This document shows positions 49,399-59,204 of a stretch of 64,000 nt of DNA, in pieces. The stretch spans positions 16,807 to 80,806 of the forward strand of contig CACBWM010000003.1 in assembly GCA_902542975.1 (NCBI GenBank), read 5' to 3'. The notes below the pieces were generated by a model that saw nothing but the letters and a program-made list of their open reading frames with translations, was not told where the DNA came from and made no database searches. Source of the stretch: an uncultured Pelagibacteraceae bacterium. Its GTDB lineage: Bacteria; Pseudomonadota; Alphaproteobacteria; Pelagibacterales; Pelagibacteraceae. Within the stretch, counting starts at the first letter, position 1; each line of letters begins with the position of its first letter. The translations under genes and the position numbers were made by a program.

Positions 49399-50279
49399 TA
49401 TCCCTTGACAGCACCAGCTGTTAATCCACTGATTACTTGTCTTTGGAAAAACATAACTAACATAAATAAAGGAGCAGTAGCTGAAACAACTGCTGAAACA
49501 GCCCACATCAAATTACCTTCATGTTGATTTGTTCCAAGATAACTTTGTATTTTAGGAACCATAGTATGATTTTCCTGATTCAATAAAAGAGCAGTCACAG
49601 TAAAATCGTTATACGCAAGCATTAAACTAAATAATCCAGCTGTTATTACTCCAGGCCACATAACTGGCATAATGATATGTCTAAATGCTTGAAAATAAGA
49701 ACAGCCATCAATTAAAGCACTTTCATCAAGTTCTTTAGGAACAGTTTTAAAAAATGAATACAATAACCATAAAGTAAATGGTTGATTTATCGCAACAAGA
49801 ACAACGATGGTCGTAGGTAGTATTCCCCAAATTTGTAATTGAAAAAAGGGAAATAAATAACCAGAGACCAGAGTAATGTGTGGCATTGCTCTAAAAATTA
49901 ATGCCGCAATTAAAATCCAAAATGCATAATTTCTTGTTGATCTGGATAAAGCATAAGCTCCTAAGGTCCCGAGGAACAATGAAATGGTTACAACAAAAAA
50001 TGTAACTATAACTGTATTCCTAGATGCTTTCCAAAACTCTCCTTCAGTCCATGCTTGACTATAAGCATCTGTTGTAAACTTTCCTCCAGTTTCTAACAAC
50101 GTATTGAATGCCGTAATAGCATACCACCAGTCGGCTCTTGAAAAAAAATCAGCTCTTACTTTAAATGACCCCCAGAAAGTCCAAATAAAGGGAAAGCATG
50201 CAACCAAAAGCCAAACTATTATAAAGGTTGTATTAAAAATTTTTAAAGCATTTGATCTTTTATCAAGTCCGTATTCCAT
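49398..50279 (-). CDS. Carbohydrate ABC permease (MalG-like, CUT1)
   Basis: VPKELDESALIDG EAA loop, GLTAGAVKG C-terminus. Confidence 0.92.
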   Translation of the reverse strand: MEYGLDKRSNALKIFNTTFIIVWLLVACFPFIWTFWGSFKVRADFFSRADWWYAITAFNTLLETGGKFTTDAYSQAWTEGEFWKASRNTVIVTFFVVTISLFLGTLGAYALSRSTRNYAFWILIAALIFRAMPHITLVSGYLFPFFQLQIWGILPTTIVVLVAINQPFTLWLLYSFFKTVPKELDESALIDGCSYFQAFRHIIMPVMWPGVITAGLFSLMLAYNDFTVTALLLNQENHTMVPKIQSYLGTNQHEGNLMWAVSAVVSATAPLFMLVMFFQRQVISGLTAGAVKG

Positions 50280-51308
50280 TTATCTCGCTGTCCTAAATTC
50301 CTTCCATGTTCTTATTAAAACTGGTGCTAAAAGTATGGCTATCCCAACAATCGTCATCATTGAGGTGGCTGCGGCCGAACCAAATAATATTACTTCCTCA
50401 TTAACGAGGTTATCATAAATTAACCAAGATAAAGATTGAGCACTTCCTTCAGCACTAAAACCAATTATAGGCTCAAAAACTCTAAAATTATCCATCAAGG
50501 ATATGAGAGCAACAAATGTAACTACAGGATAAATATGAGGTAAAACAATATGTCTTACTCTCTGCCATCTTGATGCTCCATCAATAATAGCTGCCTCAAC
50601 AGGCTCTTGTGGAACTGTTTGTAAAGCTGCATAAAATACTACAAAAGCAAATGGTGAATGGTGCCAAATTCCATAAATTATTATAGTTATCCAAGTAAGA
50701 GTTTTTGAGGATTTTAACGATAAATAAGGATCATCCATCAACATCTGCAAATTTGCACCAATAATTCCTTCTGCATCTATCATCCAAAATAAAACTAAAG
50801 AACCTACCAATGGAGTAACAATCATCGGCAATATGGTTCCAAATATTAGTGGTCCTCTAATTCTTCTAGTTACTGCATTAAGACTTAAAGCAATTATAAA
50901 ACCTAAAAGTAAGACGTTAGGTGTTACAAACAAACAATAGGTTAAAGTAAAAATTAGAGCCTTGTAAAAGGGTAGGTTGGTAACTTGATCTACAAATTCC
51001 CCAAAACTATTTGTTTCATTCCAAAATTTTCCAATTTCTTCTATTGCAAGATGATTTCTATCGACATAAGTCCCAAATCCGTTGAATTTTCCTAAAGGCT
51101 TTTCTTCTCGAATTTTTGATGTTTTTTCTTGGTCAACAACTATAGAAACTGTACATCCAAAGGGATCACATTTTTTTACTTCCTTAACTACTTGGTCGTG
51201 CTGCGCATAAAATGATTGTATCCCTGTTGAAATAATAGGAAGACCTATAAATAAAATCATTGCCAATCCAGTTGGCAAGAAAAACCAAAAAAAAGTTTTG
51301 TTAGGCAT
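50280..51308 (-). CDS. Carbohydrate ABC permease (MalF-like, CUT1)
   Basis: ALQTVPQEPVEAAIIDGAS, MDNFRVFE. Confidence 0.92.
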   Translation of the reverse strand: MPNKTFFWFFLPTGLAMILFIGLPIISTGIQSFYAQHDQVVKEVKKCDPFGCTVSIVVDQEKTSKIREEKPLGKFNGFGTYVDRNHLAIEEIGKFWNETNSFGEFVDQVTNLPFYKALIFTLTYCLFVTPNVLLLGFIIALSLNAVTRRIRGPLIFGTILPMIVTPLVGSLVLFWMIDAEGIIGANLQMLMDDPYLSLKSSKTLTWITIIIYGIWHHSPFAFVVFYAALQTVPQEPVEAAIIDGASRWQRVRHIVLPHIYPVVTFVALISLMDNFRVFEPIIGFSAEGSAQSLSWLIYDNLVNEEVILFGSAAATSMMTIVGIAILLAPVLIRTWKEFRTAR

Positions 51309-51316
51309 TAATGTAA

Positions 51317-51342
51317 TAAGTGGGGATTTTCATCCCCACTTA
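51317..51342 (-). terminator. Intercistronic stem-loop after SBP gene
   Basis: TAAGTGGGGAT-tttc-ATCCCCACTTA 11-bp stem. Confidence 0.7.
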
Positions 51343-51353
51343 AAATTTATAGA

Positions 51354-52574
51354 TTATAGAAAGCCTTGTTCTTTTGCTTTACTCATGTAAGCTGCTTCCA
51401 CATCTTTTAAAGCTTGTTCTGCTGACTCTTTACCTTGTAAAAATTCAACAATCTCACTTCCTAATGCACCATGCATTAAACCCATTTGTGGTAACATTGG
51501 ATATGGTTTAGCTTTCATTTTAACAGCTTCGATAACTCCAATTGATTTTGGTCCAGGCTTAAAACCTTCAATTAACCAAACAGCTTGATCCGCTGCATCT
51601 GCAACCATCTTTTTGTTAGCAGCTGCGTGTGCCAAAGCTCTAAATGTTGCTTCAGCATCAGCGTCAGATCTATTTTTTGCTAATGTGAAACCGTCCCACC
51701 ATAAAGTCGCTGCTGGTATGTTTCCTCCAGCAACTGTTGCTGGTCCAGTTAATTTAGTTGCAGCTGTAATTTTTGCATCACCATCATCATCAAGCAATGT
51801 TCCTGATCTTGATGCCCAAAGAGTCATTAATGCAACATTTCCAGATTCCCATTCAACTTTAATAGCTTCACTATCGTGAGTTAAATAATCTGGGTTACTT
51901 AAACCTGCTAATTTTTTTAGCATATTTAATGTTGCTACACCTTTTGCATTGTTAATGCTTGGTTGAGCAGTTCCTGCTTTAAAGAATTCTCCTCCATGTC
52001 CAATATACATGTTAACGAATTCTTCTGCTAAATTCCAACCAGCTTTGTATGCTGCTGCGTAAGGATATTGCATTTTACCAGATGCTCTTATTTTTTCTGA
52101 TGCCGCTACTACTTCCTCATATGTTTTAGGAACAGCTATACCCAATTCTTTTAAAACATCTTCTCTGTAATATAAGTGCTGAGTGTTTGCCATAAAAGCA
52201 ACTGCCATTATTTTTCCATCAATTGTTATCAATTGAGAGTCTTGTATTCCTTTTCCATATTTCTTAACAAGATCATCAAGTGGTCTAATTAAATCTTGGT
52301 TCATCAAAGGAACTATAGAGCTATTTGCTGCAATTCTTGCAGAAAACTCTGATGGATTTGCAGTTAGAGCTGGTACAGCAATTTTATTGTGCTCAGATGA
52401 GTGTGTGACTTTAAAATCCGCACTTCCTTTACATCCTTTAGCTGTTTCCACGAAAGTTCTTAAAGCTGGAAAATCATTAGCTAAAATATTTATTGATCCA
52501 CTTTTAATGTTACAATCTGCGTAAGCAGAAGTTCCAAAAAGAAGAAACAATAAAGATATTAATATTTTTTTCAT
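51354..52574 (-). CDS. CUT1 ABC substrate-binding protein (SBP family 1)
   Basis: Signal peptide, LYYREDVL, PKTYEE, EQALKD; upstream of two CUT1 permeases. Confidence 0.88.
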   Translation of the reverse strand: MKKILISLLFLLFGTSAYADCNIKSGSINILANDFPALRTFVETAKGCKGSADFKVTHSSEHNKIAVPALTANPSEFSARIAANSSIVPLMNQDLIRPLDDLVKKYGKGIQDSQLITIDGKIMAVAFMANTQHLYYREDVLKELGIAVPKTYEEVVAASEKIRASGKMQYPYAAAYKAGWNLAEEFVNMYIGHGGEFFKAGTAQPSINNAKGVATLNMLKKLAGLSNPDYLTHDSEAIKVEWESGNVALMTLWASRSGTLLDDDGDAKITAATKLTGPATVAGGNIPAATLWWDGFTLAKNRSDADAEATFRALAHAAANKKMVADAADQAVWLIEGFKPGPKSIGVIEAVKMKAKPYPMLPQMGLMHGALGSEIVEFLQGKESAEQALKDVEAAYMSKAKEQGFL

Positions 52575-52647
52575 ATTTGTTTCCCTTATTAAATTTAAAT
52601 TTATGATCAGAAGGATATATATTCCAAAAGGAATTTAAAAGTATTTT

Positions 52648-53775
52648 TTAAATCGCATTTGACGCAAGCTTTGCACCTGCGACCAAAGATTCAAATTTTT
52701 TGTAAACAATATTTTCATCAACATTTCCAAAGCCAGCAAAAGTACTAAATCCACAATCACTTCCAGCCATTAATTGGTTTTTATCAATTACTTTTGAATA
52801 CTGAATTATTCTATTTTTTACTAACTCTACATGCTCTACAAAGTTTGATGTTGAGTCTATCACACCAGGAACTATTACTTTATCACTAGGAAGTTTTATA
52901 TTCTCAAAAACCTGCCATTCATGAGCATGTCTTGGATTCGAGGCTTCAATTAAATAAGTTTGGATATTTGCTTTTAAAGCTATAGGTAATATTTTTTCTA
53001 ATCCAATATCATGAATATGTGGTCCTTCATAATTTCCCCAACAGATATGCATTCTCAACTTAGAGGCATCGATATCTTTGATTGCCTCATTAAGACATTC
53101 GATTTGTTTTTCAGTTCTAACTAAAAATTCTTCATCTGATACATTTTTAAAAGTCATATGTCTTGCAAGTGCAAGATCTGGACAATCAATTTGTAATAAT
53201 AAATCATTATTTGTTATTTGATCATATTCAGTTTTCATCATTTTTGATAATGCCACCAAATAATCATCGTCATTTTTATAAAATTTGTTTGGAAGGAAAT
53301 TTGAAATTACTCCTGGTGATGCAGAGTTAATAAATCCTTGCGAATGATTATTTTTTTTTAATGCAGATTTTAAATTACTGATATCTTTAGTTAGAGACTT
53401 AGTATCTTTAATTTTTAAATCAGCTGTGCAACATGGTCTTGTATAAGTAGGCGTACCTCCTGATTTTGCAATTTTTTCTTTATATGATGGAAAATCATCT
53501 AAGTCTTTAGGAGCTCTTCTCTCACTTTCGCCACTAAAGCCATGTAATCGATCCTTGACATAAGTAGCGTAACTTATTTTTGACATTTCACCATCACTTA
53601 TAATGTCAATTCCGATATCAATTTGTTTTTTTACAATTTTGTTTACATCTTCTTCAATTATCTTATCAAGTTCTCCTTGATCGAATAATTCATTTTTATC
53701 TTTTTTAAAAAGTATCTCAGATAGCTTTTTTGATCTTGGTAGACTTCCAACATGTGTGGTTTTAATTTTATCCAT
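52648..53775 (-). CDS. Cobalamin-independent methionine synthase II / epoxyalkane:CoM transferase-like Zn enzyme (single barrel)
   Basis: TTHVGSLPR, SDGEM, QIDCPDL, HICWGN, E..NPRH.HE, PGVIDS, DCGF; start moved to MDKI at 53775. Confidence 0.88.
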   Translation of the reverse strand: MDKIKTTHVGSLPRSKKLSEILFKKDKNELFDQGELDKIIEEDVNKIVKKQIDIGIDIISDGEMSKISYATYVKDRLHGFSGESERRAPKDLDDFPSYKEKIAKSGGTPTYTRPCCTADLKIKDTKSLTKDISNLKSALKKNNHSQGFINSASPGVISNFLPNKFYKNDDDYLVALSKMMKTEYDQITNNDLLLQIDCPDLALARHMTFKNVSDEEFLVRTEKQIECLNEAIKDIDASKLRMHICWGNYEGPHIHDIGLEKILPIALKANIQTYLIEASNPRHAHEWQVFENIKLPSDKVIVPGVIDSTSNFVEHVELVKNRIIQYSKVIDKNQLMAGSDCGFSTFAGFGNVDENIVYKKFESLVAGAKLASNAI

Positions 53776-53780
53776 AGTTT

Positions 53781-54740
53781 TTACATTAATATTTGTTTCC
53801 AAATAGCCACTTCATCAAACAATACCCATTCTCTTATAATTTTATCATCTCTTAATTCTGCATGATTTATACCCATTATAAATAAATCTTTGTCAGTCTT
53901 TTTCCCAAATTCTTCACTGTCTTTAGAGTGCTTACCACTTAAAAACCATCTGATTGTAGCTTTTTGATTGTTATTTTTTTCATCTAATGATGCAACATGT
54001 TCGATTGTAAACTTTATTTCAGAAAATATATTTTTTAAAGAGCTCCAATATTTAATTATATCTTCACTGCCATTTCCAACTTTATTACTTGGCCAAAATA
54101 GACTGGCTGCTCTATCATAATCTTCAAAATCATAATCATTATTAAATATTTTCTTTAAAATATTGGAATATATATAACCTGATGAAACTTCATTTACTTT
54201 TACTGGAGTATAATCTGACTTTTTATCAGAAGATCTATTAAAAACTTTGATAGCTTTAGATACGCCACCTTCTTTATCAATTAAATGCCTTGCAAATTGC
54301 TCAGGTGTATAACCTAGCTGTCGAACCATTGCACCTTGATCTCTCACAATCCACTCATCATAAACCTGATTATTTTTACATGCACAGTCAGCTATAACTC
54401 TATAAACAATTTTGTTTCCTGTTTTTTTTCCGTAATACCCGTCATTTAAATGTGTAGCTTTGCTCAGAATTCTGTGAGATGAATGATATCCCTCATCGTC
54501 ATTTCCACTCCAAATTACATCTTCACCTAGTAATTGTCTGTCTGGAAATTCGTCTAAAGTTTTATAAGTTGCATCAATAACAGGTTTAAAACCATAGGTT
54601 ATTCCAAAGGGTGATCTTACAGGGATATTCTCTGAATAATATTTAGATATCGACTCGACATCTTTCCCTTCCCAAATTTGTTTAGTAATTTTTAAAATGT
54701 AATCAGTTAAATTTTTATAATCACTATCAAATCCTTTCAT
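53781..54740 (-). CDS. Tandem SnoaL/NTF2 ('ester cyclase') domain protein
   Basis: Two NTF2 repeats: FPD..EDVIW..EWIVRD and F.IEH..RW..G.H..REWVLFD. Confidence 0.8.
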   Translation of the reverse strand: MKGFDSDYKNLTDYILKITKQIWEGKDVESISKYYSENIPVRSPFGITYGFKPVIDATYKTLDEFPDRQLLGEDVIWSGNDDEGYHSSHRILSKATHLNDGYYGKKTGNKIVYRVIADCACKNNQVYDEWIVRDQGAMVRQLGYTPEQFARHLIDKEGGVSKAIKVFNRSSDKKSDYTPVKVNEVSSGYIYSNILKKIFNNDYDFEDYDRAASLFWPSNKVGNGSEDIIKYWSSLKNIFSEIKFTIEHVASLDEKNNNQKATIRWFLSGKHSKDSEEFGKKTDKDLFIMGINHAELRDDKIIREWVLFDEVAIWKQILM

Positions 54741-55678
54741 TAGATCTGACTAACAAAATTTAAAATACTATTTTCTGAATTATTACAAGAGATATTTATT
54801 TTGCTATTCAAAGGAACTGAAAAAGTATCTCCTTTTTCTAATTTTATATTTGAGTTTCCTATTATTATTTTCCAATTACCTTCTTGAGCAAAAAGAACGG
54901 TTGGCTTTAAACATTCAATATCTTTAATTTCACCAGATATAGAATTTAGTGTTGTTAAATTAAATCCAGTATCTTGTTTGATTGAAGGTTCATAAGTTTT
55001 TTTATTAAATTTGTTTCCTAATACTTGATATAATTTAATACCATTAACTTCATCGCTGATATTGTTTTGTTTATTTCTATAAATATTTTTTTCTAATTCT
55101 TCTGGCAAATAATTATCAAATCTTTCTAATTCATCTTGAGTGATAGGCTCTATCATCTTTCTACCTTTAGGTACCTCAACCTTTTTTAAATCTATTAACG
55201 AATTATCATCAAGCAATGCCATACCAGTCTCTTTTGCTTTTTTTAAAATTTCTGGAACCCATGTTATTATACCAGGATCATCTCCGCCTAATACAACGAA
55301 CATTAAACTTTCTTTATCTCCAACATTTTCAAATGCTCTGAACATATTTGTAGGCATTGAGATTATATCGCCAGCTTCTAATATTGTTTCTTGTTTTCCA
55401 TCAGCACCCCAATAAAATCTCCATTTACCTGAATAAATTACAAACACTTCAGCCGTAGTATGACTGTGAAGACCAGATCCATTTTTTGGCATAGCGCTCA
55501 CAGCCCCTAAATTATACCCATGTAAGGACTGTATTTTTATTAATTGTTTGGTGTCTTCAGCAACTCCACGTCCAATAATTGTATAATTTTTTCTTTCTTT
55601 ATGACCTTCTAGCCTCCCTTCTACAAAAGGAAGACTGCTTGGAACCAGTTCATTAAATTTTGCCAATCTATCAATCAT
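54740..55678 (-). CDS. Cupin domain protein (probably bicupin)
   Basis: GSGLHSHTTAEVF..G.W, GDIISMP..FRAFEN; second cupin-like segment LEKGDTFSVP. Confidence 0.82.
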   Translation of the reverse strand: MIDRLAKFNELVPSSLPFVEGRLEGHKERKNYTIIGRGVAEDTKQLIKIQSLHGYNLGAVSAMPKNGSGLHSHTTAEVFVIYSGKWRFYWGADGKQETILEAGDIISMPTNMFRAFENVGDKESLMFVVLGGDDPGIITWVPEILKKAKETGMALLDDNSLIDLKKVEVPKGRKMIEPITQDELERFDNYLPEELEKNIYRNKQNNISDEVNGIKLYQVLGNKFNKKTYEPSIKQDTGFNLTTLNSISGEIKDIECLKPTVLFAQEGNWKIIIGNSNIKLEKGDTFSVPLNSKINISCNNSENSILNFVSQI

Positions 55679-55719
55679 ATTCTTGTTATTTATGTCTATT
55701 TAATTATAAATTGCAATTT

Positions 55720-56808
55720 ATGCAAATAGAACAATTTGATACAGGTCTTAAAATTAAGAAAAACATTGAAGATGTAGAAATTACACCTATCCAAAACTTA
55801 AATAATAAAAAATTTGTTATTGAGAATTTTAGAAATATTTATCGATTAAAAAAGATTAATCTTAAAAAAAATTTACTAGATATATTTAACAAAGATATCA
55901 AAGTTAATTGTTTTGAACCATTAAATGAATTTAATGGCATAGATAATTTTATAGAAAAATTTTGGAATCCTTTATTTGATGCATTTCCAGACATCGAAAG
56001 AAGAGAAAATATCATCCTTGGAGGTTCTTTTAGAGACAAAGTACAAGTTGGTTCTTATTCTACTTTATCAGGTCTCTTTTTAAAGCCTTGGTTAGGTATA
56101 AAACCAAATTTTAAAATGATTAATCTTAAATGTTGTGAAATTCATGAAATTAAAAATGAAAGAATTATTGAAAGTCATATCTTAATTGATGTGATAGATT
56201 TTTTAAGACAAGCTGACAAATGGGTTATTAATCCATCAAGAGGATCCGAAGGAGCATGGCTACCTCCGTTTAATACAGATGGAGTAAATTTTTTTGAAGA
56301 AGACATGAGTAAATCTAAGAATTCATTACAACAGGCTTTGAGCATGAATAGAAGTTTAGATATTAAACCTGAGAAAGAAAATATTTCTAAAGATGAATTA
56401 AGGCAAAGGTTAATAAATCATCCTCAAAAAGAGTTTTGGCACAAAGATATGATTTGGTACGGTCCTTGTGGAATTGGAACATCGAGGTCATTAGAAGGAT
56501 TTGTAGATATGCATCAGCTACCTTTTAGAAAATCATTTTCTGAGAGAAATTATTGGGAATTAGGACATTATTGCGAAATTGGAGACGGAAAATTTTCTTT
56601 ATGTGGTGGATGGCATAGTTTAAAGGCAAAGTATGGATCAAATGATTGGCTTGGATATACAGCAGATAACCAAGACGTTGTTATGAGAGTAATGGACTTT
56701 TATCATCATGATGAAGGATTAATTAGAGAGAATTGGGTACCTATAGATATAGTTCATATTTTAAAACAAATAGGTATTGATGTGTTTGAAAAAATTAAAA
56801 ATACTTAG
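55720..56808 (+). CDS. Tandem SnoaL/NTF2 ('ester cyclase') domain protein
   Basis: AFPDIERRE..WLGI..IIES and WYGPCGIG..WLG..MRVMDF..IRENWVPID; start moved to MQIE at 55720. Confidence 0.8.
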   Translation: MQIEQFDTGLKIKKNIEDVEITPIQNLNNKKFVIENFRNIYRLKKINLKKNLLDIFNKDIKVNCFEPLNEFNGIDNFIEKFWNPLFDAFPDIERRENIILGGSFRDKVQVGSYSTLSGLFLKPWLGIKPNFKMINLKCCEIHEIKNERIIESHILIDVIDFLRQADKWVINPSRGSEGAWLPPFNTDGVNFFEEDMSKSKNSLQQALSMNRSLDIKPEKENISKDELRQRLINHPQKEFWHKDMIWYGPCGIGTSRSLEGFVDMHQLPFRKSFSERNYWELGHYCEIGDGKFSLCGGWHSLKAKYGSNDWLGYTADNQDVVMRVMDFYHHDEGLIRENWVPIDIVHILKQIGIDVFEKIKNT

Positions 56809-56862
56809 ATTTAAATAAGTTTATAGTTTTTGAGTGTAATGGAAAAAAATAAAATTATTTAT

Positions 56863-58149
56863 TTAGTTAGAGAAACCATACTTTCTAAGTCTCACATCAC
56901 CAGTTCTAGCATGAGCCTCCATACCTTCATATCTAGAAATTCTAGCTGCTGCAGCACCGACTTCTTTATTAGATTCTTTACTCATTTTTTGGTAAGTAAC
57001 AGTTTTTATAAATTTTCCAACGTATAAGCCGCCAGTATATTTTCCTGCTCCCTTTGTTGGTAAAATGTGATTTGGTCCAGAACATTTGTCACCATATGCA
57101 ACTGTTGTTTCCTCACCTAAAAATAATGAACCATAATTTTTTAAATTTTTTAAATACCAATCTAAGTTTTCAGCCTGAACCTCTAAATGTTCAGGTGCAT
57201 ATTCATCACTTACTTTCATCATTTCTTCTTTGGTATCACACATAATTACTTCTCCATAATCTCTCCATGCAGCATCAGCATTATTTCTGTTATGTTCAGG
57301 TAGTTCTTGAATAATTTCTGGAACTCTTTTCATAACATAATCACATAAAGATTTATCTGTCGTGTATAACCAAGCAGGAGAGTCAGGACCATGTTCAGCC
57401 TGTCCAACTAAATCATAAGCGATTATTTCTTTGTCAGCTGTATGATCTGCAATAATGCCTATTTCGGTTGGTCCTGCAAATAAATCAATTCCAACTTTTC
57501 CAAATAAAATTCTTTTAGACTCTGCTACAAATTTATTTCCAGGTCCAACAATCATATCTACCTCTGGATTACCAAAGCAACCATAAGCTAGTGCACCAAT
57601 TGCTCCTATTCCACCTATATTCATAATTACATCTGCACCACAAAGGTTAGCTGTATAAATTATAATTGGGTTTGCACCATTTGAATCTTTTGGTGGACTT
57701 GTTGCAATTACATTATTTACTCCAGCAACTTTTGCAGTCGTCACACTCATTATAGCAGAGGCGATATTGTTATATCTTCCACCAGGCACGTAACACCCAA
57801 CGGTATTTACAGGTATTAATTTTTGTCCCGCTATTAAACCAGGCGATAATTCAACTTCTGAGTCTTTTCCAAGATTTTCTAGTTGATGTTCTGCAAACTT
57901 CCTTACTCTTTCATGAGAGAATTGAATATCATCTTTAATCTTTTGATCTAAAGTTTTATTTATTTCCTCAATTTTTTCTTTGCTAACAATTATATCACCT
58001 TCATAATTATCAAATTTTTTTAAAATATCTTTAACCCCTTGGTCTTTTGTTTTTTCTAAATCTTTTAAAATAGAACTTACTTTTGTTCTTGTTTCATCTT
58101 CACCTGTAAATGCAGTTTTTTCAGCTTTCTTTATATAAGTAATTGCCAT
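56863..58149 (-). CDS. hpsN: Histidinol dehydrogenase family protein, sulfopropanediol (DHPS) 3-dehydrogenase type
   Basis: GCYVPGGRY..IASAIM, AKVAG, FAGPTE, QAEHG, APEHL, LFLGEETTVAYGDK, HILPT.GAG.YTGGL; these variants resemble HpsN more than biosynthetic HisD; sulfonate gene context. Confidence 0.8.
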   Translation of the reverse strand: MAITYIKKAEKTAFTGEDETRTKVSSILKDLEKTKDQGVKDILKKFDNYEGDIIVSKEKIEEINKTLDQKIKDDIQFSHERVRKFAEHQLENLGKDSEVELSPGLIAGQKLIPVNTVGCYVPGGRYNNIASAIMSVTTAKVAGVNNVIATSPPKDSNGANPIIIYTANLCGADVIMNIGGIGAIGALAYGCFGNPEVDMIVGPGNKFVAESKRILFGKVGIDLFAGPTEIGIIADHTADKEIIAYDLVGQAEHGPDSPAWLYTTDKSLCDYVMKRVPEIIQELPEHNRNNADAAWRDYGEVIMCDTKEEMMKVSDEYAPEHLEVQAENLDWYLKNLKNYGSLFLGEETTVAYGDKCSGPNHILPTKGAGKYTGGLYVGKFIKTVTYQKMSKESNKEVGAAAARISRYEGMEAHARTGDVRLRKYGFSN

Positions 58150-58208
58150 TATCTTTCCTCTAATTTTATAAATGTTTAAATTATAAAAGATGTTTATTCA
58201 ACAGAAGT

Positions 58209-59120
58209 TTAATCTAAAGCAACAACAGCTGCAGCTATTGAAGCAAGCCTTGCTGTCGCATCGTCTGATCTACTAGTTATAACAACAGGCACTTTACCTC
58301 CAACAACTACACCTGCTGCACATGCTCCCATAAAATAAATCATCATTTTTACAAGCGCATTTCCAGTTTCGACATTTGGAACTAATAATACGTCAGCTTC
58401 CCCAGCAACTATATTCTCAATTCCCTTAATAGAAGCAGATTTTTTTGAAATACTATTATCAAATGCTAAGGGTCCAAATATATCAGCATTAAAATTTTCT
58501 TTACTTGCCAATTCAGTTAATTCTTTAGCTTCAACCGAACTCTGTACACTATCAATAACTTCCTCTGTTGCTGAAAGAACAGAAATCTTTGGTCTTGGAA
58601 TATTAATTCTATGACTAAAGTCTATAACATTTCTTAAAATATGCATTTTAGTTTTTAGGTTAGGAGAAACATTCAACGCTCCATCGGTTATGATTAATGG
58701 TTTATCATCTTTTTGTAATGTCATATGCCAAATATGACTTAGTCTTGTTTTTCCAATTAATTTATATTCTCTTTTAAGAACTTCTTTCATCAATATATCA
58801 GTATGAATATGTCCTTTTACTATAATTTTTACTTTATCTTCCGATGCAAGTTTGGTTGCAATTCCAGCTGTATTATTTTCAACTGGCTCATTAATTATTT
58901 CAAAATTTGATATATCAAATTTAAGTTCATCTGCGCATTCTTGTATTTTTTGTTTGTCACCTATTAATATTGGGGTGATCAATTTTTCAGAGACAGCATC
59001 CATTACCGACATCATTGGTAATTTTTTACCCGCATTTACAATGGCTGCTTTTACTCCTCTTTTTTGATGAGCTATATTAAGTAGATTAACAGGGCAAACT
59101 GTAGATTTATCAGATAACAT
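58209..59120 (-). CDS. pta: Phosphate acetyl/butyryltransferase
   Basis: VKGHIHTD, TDGALN, GPLAFDN, PNVETGN, TSRSD. Confidence 0.8.
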   Translation of the reverse strand: MLSDKSTVCPVNLLNIAHQKRGVKAAIVNAGKKLPMMSVMDAVSEKLITPILIGDKQKIQECADELKFDISNFEIINEPVENNTAGIATKLASEDKVKIIVKGHIHTDILMKEVLKREYKLIGKTRLSHIWHMTLQKDDKPLIITDGALNVSPNLKTKMHILRNVIDFSHRINIPRPKISVLSATEEVIDSVQSSVEAKELTELASKENFNADIFGPLAFDNSISKKSASIKGIENIVAGEADVLLVPNVETGNALVKMMIYFMGACAAGVVVGGKVPVVITSRSDDATARLASIAAAVVALD

Positions 59121-59204
59121 ATGAGTTTAAATATTTGTTATGGTTCTAAATATCAATATTTTTTATTACGTTCGATATAAAAATAGTTTAAAATTGAATA
59201 AACG

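Noticed and set aside
49399-49506. Long overlaps implied by ORF-track starts (also 2160, 12730, 36623, 39333, 53802, 55660)
   Set aside because: Downstream ATGs give normal family N-termini and minimal overlaps, so the extensions are artefacts
52648-53775. Annotation as full MetE methionine synthase
   Set aside because: Only a single ~375-aa barrel without the N-terminal folate-binding half, and it sits in a catabolic operon
56863-58149. Annotation as biosynthetic hisD
   Set aside because: No his operon context; sequence variants and neighbours fit the HpsN subfamily better, though not proven
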